From Octopus vulgaris (Eukaryota): DNA of 64,000 bases. Numbering within the stretch: the stretch's first letter is position 1; each line of letters opens with the position of its first letter. Positions 1-12,303 of the stretch are shown here, piece by piece. The DNA lies in contig OX597827.1 of NCBI GenBank assembly GCA_951406725.2, positions 36,146,001 through 36,210,000 of the forward strand, in the 5' to 3' direction. Both the position numbers and the translations under genes were made by a program. Under the pieces are notes generated by a model. That model was not told the origin of the DNA. It searched no databases and saw only the letters and a program-made list of their open reading frames with translations.

Positions 1-282
1 CTCATACTCGAGAAGCTCGCAGTAGGATCGAAACTGGGACTACTTGATTTTGAAGAAAACGTCTTAACCATTTAGCCACTCCTTCACTTTCTCTCTCTCC
101 CCTCTCCCTCTCACACACAGATTTTTGTGTGTGTATTTTTATTGATCGCAGAAGTTACTGAGTGGTTCTAGTACCGAGAGTTTCGTGCTTTTTATCACCA
201 AACCTTTGTCTTACTCGTGTGTGTGTGTGTGTATGTAGTGCTATTCTCCACAATGGAGAATAACGTTAATTGATCAACAGAA

Positions 283-500
283 TGTATGTGTGTATGTATG
301 TATGTATGTATGTATGTATGTATGTATGTATGTATGTATGTATGTGTGTATGTATGTATGTATGTGTGTGTATGTATGTATTATGTATGTATGTGTATGT
401 ATGTGTGTGTATATATGTATGTATGTGTGTGTATGAATGTATGTATGTGTGTATGTATGTATGTATGTGTGTGTATGTATGTATGTATGTATGTATGTAT
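283..500. repeat. (TATG)n/(TG)n compound microsatellite
   Basis: Visible tandem TATG with TG interruptions; explains the ORFs at 266-525. Confidence 0.97.
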
Positions 501-2039
501 GCATAGTGTTTACTTATTGACATGAGAAGGCAGCGGTGAGTTGTTTAATAAATAGCCAAATCGGAGTTTGAGAGAGAAGCGATGAAGCTGTAGAAGTGAT
601 GAAAGAGTGCAAGATAAGAAAATGATAGCTGAAATAAATCACAGAAGGAAAGTACACAGAGTGTAAAGAGAGAGAGAAACAGACAGACAGAGAGACAGAT
701 GAAGTGGGAGATGTGTTTATTCAGCTATTTATCAGGGTAATTGGGAGTTAAAGGTGGTGGCGGTGGTGAAGGATGATAAACTTGTTGGAAAAAGGGAGAG
801 ATAGGAGAGGAGTAAGAGAGAGGGAGAGAGATGTAAGTCAGTATATCCAAATGCCTTTCAATTCCATTCATTCTGTCCTCATTCGTCCCTCTCTTCGGTG
901 CCTGGAGACTTAGTGTTTGTTCATATTGACAGAGGCAGTAGTGGTTGTGAGTAGGTCTGTGGTTGGCAATCTTTGAAGTGTCAGTGCGGGTGTGTGGTGG
1001 AAGCAAGGGCCCGGGAACAGGGGGTGCAGCGTGTGCACCTGCACCCCTTGGAATTTTCAGGTGGTGCAAGATCAAAATTTGCACCCCTTACATAATTTTA
1101 CCAGTTTCAGAAAATAGTGTCTAAAAAATTATCTGCATAAGATGCTTGAAGCTAGATTTTGTTTCAAAGCAAAAACAAAGAATAAAAATAAATAAATAAA
1201 AGTGATGAAGCTGGGCTTAAAATTCGCAAAGGAATTTATGACTAACCAACTTCTGAAGCAAAGTAGCGTCAAAATAAAAAGTATGTGACAACAACAACAG
1301 TAGCAGCAAACAACAAGAACAACAACATGACCAGCATCTACGGCTACTCTTCAATACATAGCATTACTTGGATTCTTGAAGACAGCCCTATTCTGACAAA
1401 AATAACTCCAAAATCTTGTAATGCTGAAAATGTGTGAAGTTTTCTTGTCCTCTCTCAGTCTGTCACCTCTCTCAAGTTCTTTGTAGTTGATGTTGCTAAA
1501 GACTGACGACATGGTTGAATGGATTCGACTGTTTGACCTCAGCCTAAAATTGAAAGCCCTTTAAAAATTCTTTTATTTCATATTGGTTTTCTCATTTAGG
1601 TTGTTAGGTCCAAAGTTTGACAAGGGAACAAAATGATTTATTTTTATCTTTGATATCTAATGCTCATTGTTAAATGCTTTGGTACTTATTGCTCATTCGA
1701 AATACTAGTCCAGTTTAATAAAAAAAAAAAGATTTTGAAAAGAAATAAATGAAGACCAACCCCGAAATTACCTAATTTTCAAAGAAATGTATTCGACAAT
1801 TTCAGACTAATTTATATAAAAAGGAAATGATATTAAAAACATTACCTACCGTCATCCCGACACGGTTAACCACGAAGATCATTTCAGAGGTGCTTTTTTT
1901 GGCTCATAAGTCTAACCCTAGCTGAGGCCAGCACACAGGCTAATATGCTTTTAACAGGGGTCTTTCATTTTACTAATCTTAGCTGGTCCGAGGATTATAT
2001 CCAGCCTGGAACTAAGCAACTGAAGTGGAGGAATATGAC

Positions 2040-2800
2040 CCCTTTCCTCGATACAACAAAAGACTTTCCCATACAACAAATCATTACCCGTCCAATTAGG
2101 GGAAAATAGCATACTCGACTTTGTTTTTATTCACAATGTTCAGGTCATTCCCACAGCTATTTCCAACCAAAGCATTATACAATTATCTGTATATGGTACA
2201 AAGAAATATCCGACTCGCAGCATGGATTTCTACCCTTGCCTAACAAATCTTCTCCTTCTTGAAGAATGGATTACAAGGACCATGGATGAAAAGGACTTGG
2301 TGGGCGTGGTATTTTTGGACTTCGCAAAGGCGTTTGACTCCGTTAATCACTGACTTCTCTTGCGCAAACTTCGAGCATTCAAGATTCATCCATTGGTGAC
2401 TTTGTGGATTTCTTCCTTCCTGAGCTATCGAACCTTTTGGGCGCAGATAAATGGAGATATCTCAGCGGAGACGAATGCATGCAGCGGCGTTCCCCATGGG
2501 TCGGTGCTGGGGCCAATACTTTTCCTTCTCTATATCAACGACCTGCCAGATTTTCTTGATGGAAGAGTTCTCCTATTTGCAGACGACGTCAAACTTGTCT
2601 CACCTAGGAATCAATACGACATACTCCAATCGTCGCTGAACCGAGCTTGGAATTGGGCGGAAGAATGGAATCTGAACTTGAACGCCTCAAAATGCAGCCA
2701 TTTGCCTATAGGTTCACCTCCAAACTCTCCCTTGACTATTGGCCACAAACATCAACATCTTAAGATGGTCACTGAAGAAAAGGATCTCAGCATAACGTAT
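2040..2800 (+). mobile_element. Decayed CR1/L2-group LINE reverse transcriptase fragment
   Basis: FLDFAKAFDSVNH followed by a stop, then GVPHGSVLGPILFLLYINDL and LFADDVKL (ORF 2360-2914); upstream ENSILDFVF resembles the end of an APE domain. Confidence 0.88.
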
Positions 2801-4007
2801 CGCAGCCCCATGCATAATCCAAGCGAATTCTTTGATCCCACAACTCAAGTGCAGAGACACAACTTAAAATTAATATCATGGAAGTTGATATACTTGCGGT
2901 TATTAATGATTTAGACCCAAACTCAGCATCTGTACCAAATAGTATTCCAGTTATATTGGTAAAAAACGTGCAAAAACCACCTCATGAAATCATTAAAGGT
3001 ACTATTTCAAAAGTCGCCAGATACCGCCATATTCTCGAGGCTATTGAAAGAAGCTATAATAAAACCTATATAGGTACAAAGGAGGTAGCAGTGCTGAAGC
3101 TAAACATTACAAACCTGTTTCCCTCACGTCTTACACATCTTAAATTATCCAATGCCTTGTCCGAAGACAAAAAGTAATAATATACCTGGAGGAAAACAAC
3201 TTAGATGACACTCGGTATAGGTTTCGGACTGAACGAAGTTGCCTGTCACAATTCTTACAGCGTCATAACACTACCTCTAATAATCTCTTAAGGGGAAAGA
3301 TCATTGACTGTTAAAACCTTGATATTGTTAAGGCGTTTGACAAGACTGATCATGGAATCATCTGTCATAATTTAAGAAATCTTGGTATCACAGGAAAAGT
3401 CGGAGAATGGTTCTTTAACTCCCTATACGGTAGGAGTTAACCTATTACTGCAAATGGATTTCTCTCTAAGTTACCTGTAATATGTCGTATACATCAGGGA
3501 ATGAATTACACAAGAATATCGATGGCTAGGAGCTAAACCAGAAAAAATACGAAAATTAGTACATCAAAATTTCAGCTTCTTCATTACAAACGAATTCACC
3601 CAAATCGCAATATTTGACACAAGGTAACATAATGATTCAGAGCACTAATGACATACAGGACTTAGGTGTAATCATGTCAAATGATGCATTTTCCATCAGC
3701 CATATTATCAAACTAACCTTTAAATGCAGCAAACTCATAGGCTGCATCCTACGAACATTCATGACAAGGGAACCGGTAGTTAGTTTTATATTTAGGGAAA
3801 ACCCTAGTTCTGAGCAGTTTATATTACTGCTTACAATTTTAATCTTCTAACTCATCCGGTCTCATAGAAGAAATTGAAGGGTTACAAGGAATGTTCACTG
3901 GTAAAATACATTCAGTTAAAAGTTTTATTTACCAAGAATGTCTGAAAGCGCTGAGTCTCTTGACACCAAAGAGAAATATATACTATCACATTCATATGGA
4001 AAATTGT

Positions 4008-4279
4008 TGGGAGACATATGGCGTAGTGGTTAAGAGCGTGGACTACTAACCCCAAGATTCCAAGTTCGATTCCAAGCAGTGACCTGAACACTAACAACAA
4101 CAACAATAATAATATACCTTAGGAATGAGAACACAGGTTCGAAATTTCCCCAAGACACCTGAAGAAGGCTGGAGGGTATATCAGCCGAAACGTTGTGTTA
4201 ACAACAAACAAGATGAGGACAAATATCCAACGAATGTAAATAATGTATATAATTCCTTATCTCTTAAATATAGAACTGT
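4008..4279 (+). mobile_element. tRNA-headed short element carrying a hammerhead ribozyme
   Basis: Box A TGGCGTAGTGG 4019-4029, box B GTTCGATTCC 4064-4073, hammerhead 4154-4199, terminus AAATATAGAACTGT shared with 29957-30276. Confidence 0.75.
4154..4199 (+). ncRNA. Minimal type I hammerhead ribozyme
   Basis: GACAC-CTGAAGA-A-GGCTG-loop-CAGCC-GAAA-CG-TT-GTGTT: stems I and II pair, core intact, stem III is palindromic ACGT. Confidence 0.75.
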
Positions 4280-4796
4280 GGATGGACATGTTCCAAACTT
4301 CGGCACGGGAGAGAGTTTTAATGCGCGAACATTTATATACTCTAAGCTTGCAAATATACTACGTTCGAAATCATGGGCTAAAATACTCTATTGTAACAAT
4401 CTGACATTTAGAGTTCCCTCAACTGTTCAACTACCTATTTAAATTAAAAGAAATATAAAAGAGACTTTTACTGAAACATTAAAAAAACCCTCCAAAAACT
4501 CATTAGATGAACTCTTAACGATACCTTAGAAGTCAACCATTCAAGGATGATGCATTCAGAGGAGAACAGCTGCTAGAAAACTCAATCATAGACCACCTTC
4601 CAGTCAAGAAGCAACAACAAAACTTAATTGAAAATACATTAAGGGGGTGTTCCAGAATGGCTGCAGTGCTATCATTAAAAGGATATGAATACGCACACAC
4701 ACACACACAGAGGTACGTGTGTGTGTGAGAGAGAGAGAGAGAGTTTGTATGTGAGCTGATGTGTGATTCATCTTGTTTCAAATATTGTACCAGACA

Positions 4797-4912
4797 GAAG
4801 GCAATGAGCTGGCAGAGACGTTAGCATGCCGGGCGAAATGCTTAATGGTAATTCGTCTGCTATTACGTTCTGAGTTCAAATTCCGCCGAGGTCGACTTTG
4901 CCTTTCATCAGT
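4797..4912 (+). mobile_element. Truncated SINE, family A (AAGGCGGCGAGCTGGCAGAA head)
   Basis: Same head and GTTCAAATTCCGCCGAGGTCGACTTTGCCTTTCATC as other copies in the window. Confidence 0.85.
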
Positions 4913-4937
4913 ACTTAATCCAACTCGAGAAATCTCT

Positions 4938-5016
4938 GGTGAGACTTTTTATTGGTGTACCTGAAGAGTCCCAGAATGGGTCGAAACATGTGTTATACCC
5001 AATAAAGTCTATCACA
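4938..5016 (+). ncRNA. Hammerhead-like motif with long imperfect stem I
   Basis: CTGAAGA 4961-4967, GTCCCA/TGGGTC stem II, GAAA-CATGTG-TT; flanks GAGACTTTTTATTGG and CCAATAAAGTCT pair. Confidence 0.55.
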
Positions 5017-5064
5017 CATTCCATCTCCTATTTTATCAATACTATTCCCTTCCGGTCATTTCAA

Positions 5065-5270
5065 AATGTAACCACATGTGACTCGTTGGCGATCTTTGTT
5101 CTCCGTCTTCCTTTTTTCTTGGACTTTCCTCTGTCTCCTGTTTCTTAAGAAGAGCTTTGCTCGAAACGTAAAATCAACTTTCTTTTCCTGAGCGTCTGCT
5201 AATACTTTGTATATACCACGTTCTTGCGTTATTTTTTCTTTGTTATTGATTTTTTTATTTACTATATATA
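5065..5270 (+). mobile_element. ~200 bp hammerhead-bearing repeat (family H1), core mutated
   Basis: GTTT-CTTAAGA-A-GAGC-TTT-GCTC-GAAACGTA; homologous to copies at about 12100, 17870, 41520 and 56594. Confidence 0.75.
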
Positions 5271-5282
5271 TGTATACATAAA

Positions 5283-5600
5283 GATTCCTGGAAAGTTCCG
5301 AGGATTTCATGGAAAGTTCCAAGGGTTTTTCAACGTCCTGGAAACCCGGTAGAAAACTTCCTGTGAAGTTCCGAGGATTCATGGAAAGTTCCGATGATTT
5401 TCCAACTTCCTGGAAAATTGATCGAAAACTTCCTGGAAAGTTCCGAGGATTTCCCCACTTTCTGGAAACTTGGTCGAAAACTTCCTGGAAAGTTCCGATG
5501 ATTTCATGGAAAGTTCCAGTGCATCGCGGAATGTGTGCATCGCGGAATGTGTGTATCGCGGAATATGTACTTCGCGGAATATGTGCTTCGCGGAATGTGT
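5283..5600. repeat. Two adjoining minisatellites: GGAAAGTTCCGAGGATTTC-type and 16 bp TCGCGGAATGTGT-type
   Basis: Visible tandem units; five TCGCGGAAT copies between 5521 and 5600. Confidence 0.85.
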
Positions 5601-7823
5601 GACTCATAAACACATGAAAGTGTGCAGTGCAAACAGAACAATAAAATAAGCGAAAATAACAAACTTAGCTGAAAATAGTGTCCTTTGTTAAAAGTCTACT
5701 GCTGAAAGTGAAAAGATGTGCGTGCAAAGAAAAAGAGTTGTTGAAAGCCTATGTGAGAGTCTTATGTACGTGCAAAAGTTCATAGACAATGCAGGGTTTG
5801 TACGTCGGAACGAGATGAAAAGCGTGTGTATGCCGAAAAGGTTGCATGTGCGGGCTTCCGTCTTTTCTTCCAGTTAGTTTCTGGGAATGTAGCTGTTGTA
5901 ATGATGCATTTATTGGCTTCCATGGTCTGCAAACGTCTTGTGCAGTGTCGCATTTTTGTGAAGTGCATCGTGGTATAGAGCTTTCTGTAGCACGTCGAAG
6001 GAGGGTGCATCTTGGTGGTGACGAAGGTTGTCATTCTTTTTCTTTGGTTTAGCGACTGTTGATATTCCAGTCCTTTAGTTCGAATCAGCAAAATGCTGCG
6101 GCATCTAGCATCAGGAGGTAGTAATTCTCTTTACACGGGCTCACCAAGTTGTTGGCAATGTAGCTTCAGAAGGCAGCAAATCTTTTTCCACGGGGTCGCC
6201 AGTTTGTTGCGGTTAGTTCTTGGAAAGGCTGCAATTCTCTTGTTCGGGGTTACCACTTGTAACGATAAAGTTTTTAGTTGAAGTCGAGGGTCACCAATTG
6301 TAGCGAGAGAAATTGATTAGTAAACAATATTATAAAATGTCGGAGTCAGCAGTTGTAACGATAAAAATTTGTTGTTATAATTGCATACTGTAGGATGTGA
6401 AAGATGAACAATGCATGAGCATTACTTTTTCTAATGATGCATATTTTACTTTCCATTTTGAAATATGTTCCGTGTCGGAGCTTAAACCTCTGGGCATGCA
6501 GTTATTTATCTATTTATTTAATTTTTTGTGAAGCTGTGTGACCTGTTGTTTAGGATATTATGCTTACCCCCATAAAGCCATGGGTTCAATTTCTGTAGGG
6601 CGATCCTCATACCCGCACACCCTCACAGCCTCAATGTTCCGTTTGGTCGAGATGGGGCGGCGCGAAAAGGTGTTTATGTTTGCTTGCGACTGAATAAACA
6701 CCTAAAACAATATGCAAAAACACGGTACAAGTTATCAAACCATGCTCGATCGCAAGACCGTCGCCAGACTTTGGTGCCTGGAGGTGCTTCAGAATATTGC
6801 AGGTGGGTATTGATTTGTATTGCGAAGAGATCTTTGTAAACTGTATTTTCAAAATCTGAGGGTGCACCATTGCATAGTGAGGAGCAGTGCCGTCCAATGC
6901 ACCCCCTTAGTGATGGATATACTCGATCGCGAGTGGCAACTAGCTGAACTGTACTAAACTTGATTTCTTACTCAGGTAAAAAGCCAGTTGGTAGAAGTGG
7001 ATATATTGTCAACTGAGCCGATAACCATATGCTACTTCATATATGTTATCGACACCGGAAGAATAAAAGATAAAGCATCAAAAGATAAAGAGACAAAAAC
7101 TATTATCATTTAATAAGTTGGTGGACCAATGTTTCTCTTAAATTGATGCTTTTTTTTAAAACTTGGCTTTAAAAAATTGTTTAAAAGATCGACTTCGCCC
7201 TATATGTAGCTGTTCTCCATGTAGGACCAACTTAGCACAACATTATAGGTTCCTGGGCGAATAAGTGCATTGCGTCCAATAGTACATGTTTGTAGACAGG
7301 GAACCACAGCAGGCATAGATCAGAAATGGAACCCTAGACCCACGGGGCCCCCAAACAACAGTCTTGCATGCCCATGCCCCTAAGACGGCACTACACGCAC
7401 ATATACACACGCGCGTGCATATGCATAATATATTATATGTGTGTGTGAGTATGTGTGCGTGTATGTGTGTGTGAGAGAGAGGGAGAGAGAGAGAAAGAGA
7501 GAAATAGAACACTTAGTAGCGCCCAAATGATTTGAATGTACACTCCGAAATCTTTACCGAGGACTAAGTCCGCGGGCTAAAGAGGTGAGCTGATATGGAG
7601 ATAATGATGCCAATAAACAATTAAAACCGCCTGGGCAAGATATACAAAATATATATTCCTAAATACATGTAAATAGAGAGAAAACAAAAACTGACGAGGA
7701 ATATTCGTATATAAATATATAGATATTAATGTATTAACAGAGGAAACTTACACAGAGTACAAAGATACAGAAAATTAAGGGGTGAATGTATGGTGTAACA
7801 GGTCTGACAGCTGTTTCTAGGGC

Positions 7824-8049
7824 CTCGGAATTACCTCATAATGTTGGCAGATGTAGTTCACAAGAAGTAACCAGTGGAAGCATATAAACATTGAATATAT
7901 CCGGCCTCCATCTTCAGGGTGGAGAGATGAGATATTTTATCTCTCCACCCTGAAGACGGAGGCCGGATCTATCCAGAGTTTATATGCTTCCATTACTGGT
8001 TTCATATTTTAGTGAGCTACATCTGCTAACATTATGAAATAACTCCGAG
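7824..8049. repeat. Fold-back inverted repeat (~105 bp arms, 10 nt spacer)
   Basis: Arm 7824-7928 is the reverse complement of 7939-8049; related sequence at 17535-17740. Confidence 0.92.
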
Positions 8050-8725
8050 CAATTGGCATAAAGGCTCTCTTTTTAATTCAGAACAATCAGTGCTCCATCA
8101 CTGATAGCTACAGAAAATGAAATAGCGCAATGGCAAGCTTAAAGATTTGGGTCGTGTATTTTAATTTCGATTGAAGTTCTCTTTAAGTATGACAATCAAT
8201 CAGTGGAATGGAGGGAAAGAATACTTAATCTTCAGTAGCGTTTAGCGGGGTTGTTGTTTTGTCCGAAGTCGGCCCTAATTGAACATTACCATTATAATCA
8301 AATGCGTTTCAGCTGTGACCAACACTTTCTGATCAGATAATGTATCTAGAACTACATTTGCCAATATGTCCTTCTTTTTTTAAAGGAATTTAGTATGTGA
8401 TTCAATGATGATTTGATTACTATTTTTAGCAGAGTGAGCATAGTGAAAATAGCGAATTTAGCATGATTGAAAGGCTTAATTCTCAATTGAGTTTGCTTCT
8501 TTTAAGAGGCTGAGTGAACATGACCAATGATAATTATAACTAATCAACGAGATTTATTAATCCTCTCGAAATATATAATACCAAAATTTGTTTAACTTCA
8601 ATCCTTAGTCATTTCGGAAACATGCATATTTAAACAGTAACGTACATAATTATGCGACTAACCCACACGCCCTAAAATTAGTGGCCTTGTGCCAAAGATG
8701 GAAACCATTATTATTATTAGTACTA

Positions 8726-9700
8726 CTAGCAGAAATACCCGGCGTTGCCCGGGTTAAAGAGAATAATGAAATTTAAAAACGCCGTCTAGATTACGCAGGT
8801 CTCAACTGCTAGTAGCTGAGATACCAACTTTCTACATTAATAACTCTCCAGCCCATGCCAGCATGGAACACAGACGTTAAGTGGAATATTAAAAGAAAGT
8901 TTTCAATTCATATATGTATATAAAGTAAATACACGTAATTCAAGGACACGTTTTGTGTAGCTTATTTCGTATGCAAAAAACAGGTACAGATTATAAACAA
9001 TGAAAGGCCGGTTTTGGTGATTTATTTGACAGAGGCAGTAGAGAGCCAATCCGATGATAAATCTGACATTTTATCCATTTTATCTTGAAAGTTTGCGTGA
9101 ATCTTGGCTCAGTTAAATCTCTCGTGGCTCCTAATGATGTAATCTGTAGTGCAGCGTTGTATTGTCTAATTTTGTTTTGGAAGTGCTTGGAATCTTGGTC
9201 AGTTGATGACAACAGTTTCTTCAATGGCTCTGGAGGTTGGGGGATTGCAGGGAGTTTAAGCATTCCACCACTGCAGCACTGTGCAGGTGTCCTTCCAGGC
9301 CACTTCCTTGCTTTGCAATGTATGCACTCAGTTGTCATTGCACCAGTGGAAACTCTTGTGTCATCTGCAGAATAAACTTCTGGATCATAATTGAAAGCTG
9401 CTTCATAGAAGTTGCTTCTCTGAGCTGTTGCAACTGTCTTCGTTCTGCAGTGGAGATCCTATTCCTTGTCAGCCGTGCATACCTCTGTTCATCACTTTGA
9501 GATGCCCTGGCTTTTGTAGTGCACAGTCCGTTCCTTTCTTAGTATGCTTCCTTTTCTGCAGCTGTCTCTCTTTCCCTGGACAGAGACACTCTTTTGGCTG
9601 ACCTTGACATTGTAGACAAATCTGACACTTTCCTTCTAGCCATGGTTATGTACGTATACAGAGATGCACGGTTGCAGAAGATAGTAAACAATGAAAATAA
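8726..9700 (-). mobile_element. Internally deleted Helitron
   Basis: 3' end hairpin CCCGGGCAACGCCGGG then CTAG|T on the minus strand (8726-8753); ORF 8991-9338 CIHCKARKW...CCSGG...IRQYNAALQITSLG...QIYHRIGSLLP matches the Helitron Rep N-terminal region. Confidence 0.85.
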
Positions 9701-9798
9701 CTGGGTAACGGAAATTATATTTCTTAATATGACTGGCCTTGTGGCAAAATTTGAAATCATTATTACTATCATCTCAATACAATCATCTCAAGTATGAA

Positions 9799-10111
9799 GG
9801 CGCATGGCTCAGTGGTTAGAGCGTCGAGTTTACGATCGTGAGATTGTGAGTTCGATTCCCGAACCGGGCTGCATGTTGTGTTCTAGAGAAAGACACTTTA
9901 TTTCACATTGCTCCAATTAACTCAGCTGTAGAAATGAGTTGCGACATGACTGGTGCCAAGCTGTATCAGCCTTTGCCTTTCCCTTGGATAGCATCAGTGG
10001 TGTGGAGAGGGGAGGCTGGTATACATGGGCGATTGCTGGTCTTCCATAAAGAACCTTGGAGGGTAACTTTCTAGGTGCAATCCCATGGTCATTCATGACC
10101 GAAGAGGTCTC
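9799..10111 (+). mobile_element. tRNA-derived SINE, family B, with target-site duplication
   Basis: Box A TGGCTCAGTGG, box B GTTCGATTCCC; CTCAAGTATGAA repeated at 9787-9798 and 10112-10123. Confidence 0.85.
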
Positions 10112-11356
10112 CTCAAGTATGAAATTTATAGAAAAGAAAAGAAGTTTACTAATATTTTATATACAAGAAATAGTTTTATTCATCAAATATGCACCCATAT
10201 TGTTATTACACTTTTGCCATTTCAAAAGCCTGGCAATCTAGAGTCAATAAAAACTTTGAAGGCCTGTTATACAGCAACGTCGGAGTTAAATTTTTTTCCT
10301 ATAAAAAAGTTATCCAAATTCTGAAAGAAGTGGTAGTCAGCGGGGCAAGATCAGGTGAGTATGGTGGATGATGGAGAACTTCTAACTCCAACTCCTGTAG
10401 TTTCGACAATGTCATTTTTGCGATATGTGGTCTGGCGTTGTCTTGCAATAAAATAGGAGTGGATCTGTTGACTAATCTAGGCTGTTTTTTTTTGTTTTTT
10501 TTTGTAAGTCCCCGCATCATTTGGTCCAGTTGGCTGCAGTATACTTCGGTCGTGATTGATGAGCCAGGTTTAATAAAATCATAATGGATAACACCTGCGC
10601 CAGAACACCAAACACACACCATTAGCTTCTTTTGATGAATTTTGCTTTTTGGACTGTTTTGGTGGCTCCTCTTTGTCCAACCATTATGCTGAACGTTTAC
10701 AGTTGTTGGATTGGATCCATTTGTCATCACATGTTACAATTCGATTAAAAAATGATTCATTTTTGTGACGAGAAAGTAGCATAATGCAGGCTTCAAACCG
10801 TTGCTGTTTCTGATTTTCATTGAGTTCATGTGGAACTCACTTATCCAACTTTTTCACTTTACCGATTTGAATTAGGTGAGTCAATATTGTTTGTTTGTCA
10901 ACACCAAACAACAATGATAATTCACGGGCACTTTCAGATAGATCTGACTCGACGGTAGCTTTCAGTTCGTTATTAGCCACCTTTGTTTCTGGTCGACCGC
11001 GTTGCTCATTTGTGAGGTCAGTTACCAGAACGAAATTTTGCAAACCAATTTTGATACTGTCTGCTGTGTAATAACATTAGAATGAAATACTCCATTAATA
11101 TTCCGAGCTGTCTGTGATGCTGTTATTTCCTAGAAAGAACTCATATTTCAAAAATTTACGAATTTCTGACTTATCCATCTCTAAACAAAAACAGCAAAAA
11201 ACGATTTATAAATATTTTATAAAGCGCAAAATGAGTTAGAATAAAGAAAAAGATGTGTCAGCTTTCTAACAAAAAATAAAGATTGTCAAAATATAACAAT
11301 GGCGCAGAATGAGCAGCTGTCAAATTTTACCATATTTCATACTTGACGACCTAATA
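10112..11356 (-). mobile_element. Mariner DNA transposon, frameshifted transposase
   Basis: Start MDKSEIR at 11178; VPHEL, IVTCDDKW, LLQDNARPH and HPPYSPDLAP motifs; terminal TATTAGGTCGTCAAGTATGAAAT partly matches the other end TCAAGTATGAAAT. Confidence 0.92.
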
Positions 11357-12030
11357 TCAGGTCTGTAAGGGTGGTGTAAATGGTAAATACACTGAGCAAT
11401 AATTAATTTTGTTGATTTGTGACTGAGTTCAAATCCTCTAAGTTAGCTGCGATATTATATTTTATCCCATCGTTTTTCGGCAGGAAATATTTACAATATT
11501 CAGTTAAACAGACTTCAGCTGCTTCAACAAATCATCCGAGTGTGTGTAGGTATAAATTAAGCAGAGTCAAGGAGGCACCTCCTAACCAGGATTCACCAAA
11601 ACCCAAAGAGCGACAAAGGGATTTTCGTTTAGTTTACAGAATGTGTCTCTACAGTTATTGTTGATCTTGCCGTAAATCTCACACCATTTCTGTATTTTTA
11701 TTTCGTTATTTGATGCCAACTGGATCAATAAAAGCATCATCGTTGTCATTATTTACTATGACCAGAACCTGCAACATAGCTGATAAAAAGAAAATTGATT
11801 TCACCATATTTACTTGTTGGAAAAAATTTAGAGTTTTGTTTACTAACAAACGACTTCGAAACATTTAAATGTCCACTCCATTACTTCGGGTAAAAAAAGA
11901 AGTTCGTCATTAGGCATTTTATTCTGAACATATTTTTGTCAGCATCCATTGTACATTTTCTTCATTTGTGGTTCATTACGGTAATCCTTGTGGCTGCAGG
12001 AGGAGGTACTAACCACAATGACAGTGACTG

Positions 12031-12097
<67 letters not shown>

Positions 12098-12101
<4 letters not shown>

Positions 12102-12303
12102 AGAGTTTACGTAAAAAACAAAAGACGAAGACAGGTAGTGTACAAAACAAACAGATGTATTAGTATAACGCTCAGGAATAGAAAAAGTCTTTTACGTTTC
12201 GAGCCTACGCTCTTCTACAGAAAGGGACACAGAAAAAAACAAGGAGAGAAACAAAGGAGAGAAAAAAATGTGTGTAGTGGCTAACGATCTATCATGGCGA
12301 TCT

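Larger units (their letters stand above)
2870..4620 (+). mobile_element. Second decayed CR1-like LINE, split by a tRNA-headed element
   Basis: Frameshifted motifs RTERSCLSQ, KAFDKTDHGII, IQDLGVIMSND; IWKIV|DGHVPNFG is rejoined when the ~4008-4279 insertion is removed. Confidence 0.75.

Noticed and set aside
266-525. ORFs of YIHT/MYVC/IYIY type here and at many other sites
   Set aside because: Translations of TA, TG and TATG microsatellites.
4011-4085. Functional tRNA genes (also 9799, 29128, 46975)
   Set aside because: Box A/B are present but acceptor stems are not intact and each continues into a repeat body; these are SINE heads.
6886-7392. 9 bp inverted repeat AGTGCCGTC/GACGGCACT as hAT termini
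   Set aside because: Too short and no TSD; could be chance or unrelated remnants.
7691-7715. CTGACGA-GGAATATTC as a hammerhead
   Set aside because: No following GAAA or stem III.
10299-11043. Domesticated SETMAR-like gene
   Set aside because: Multiple frameshifts, no SET domain, and TIR remnants indicate a dead Mariner.
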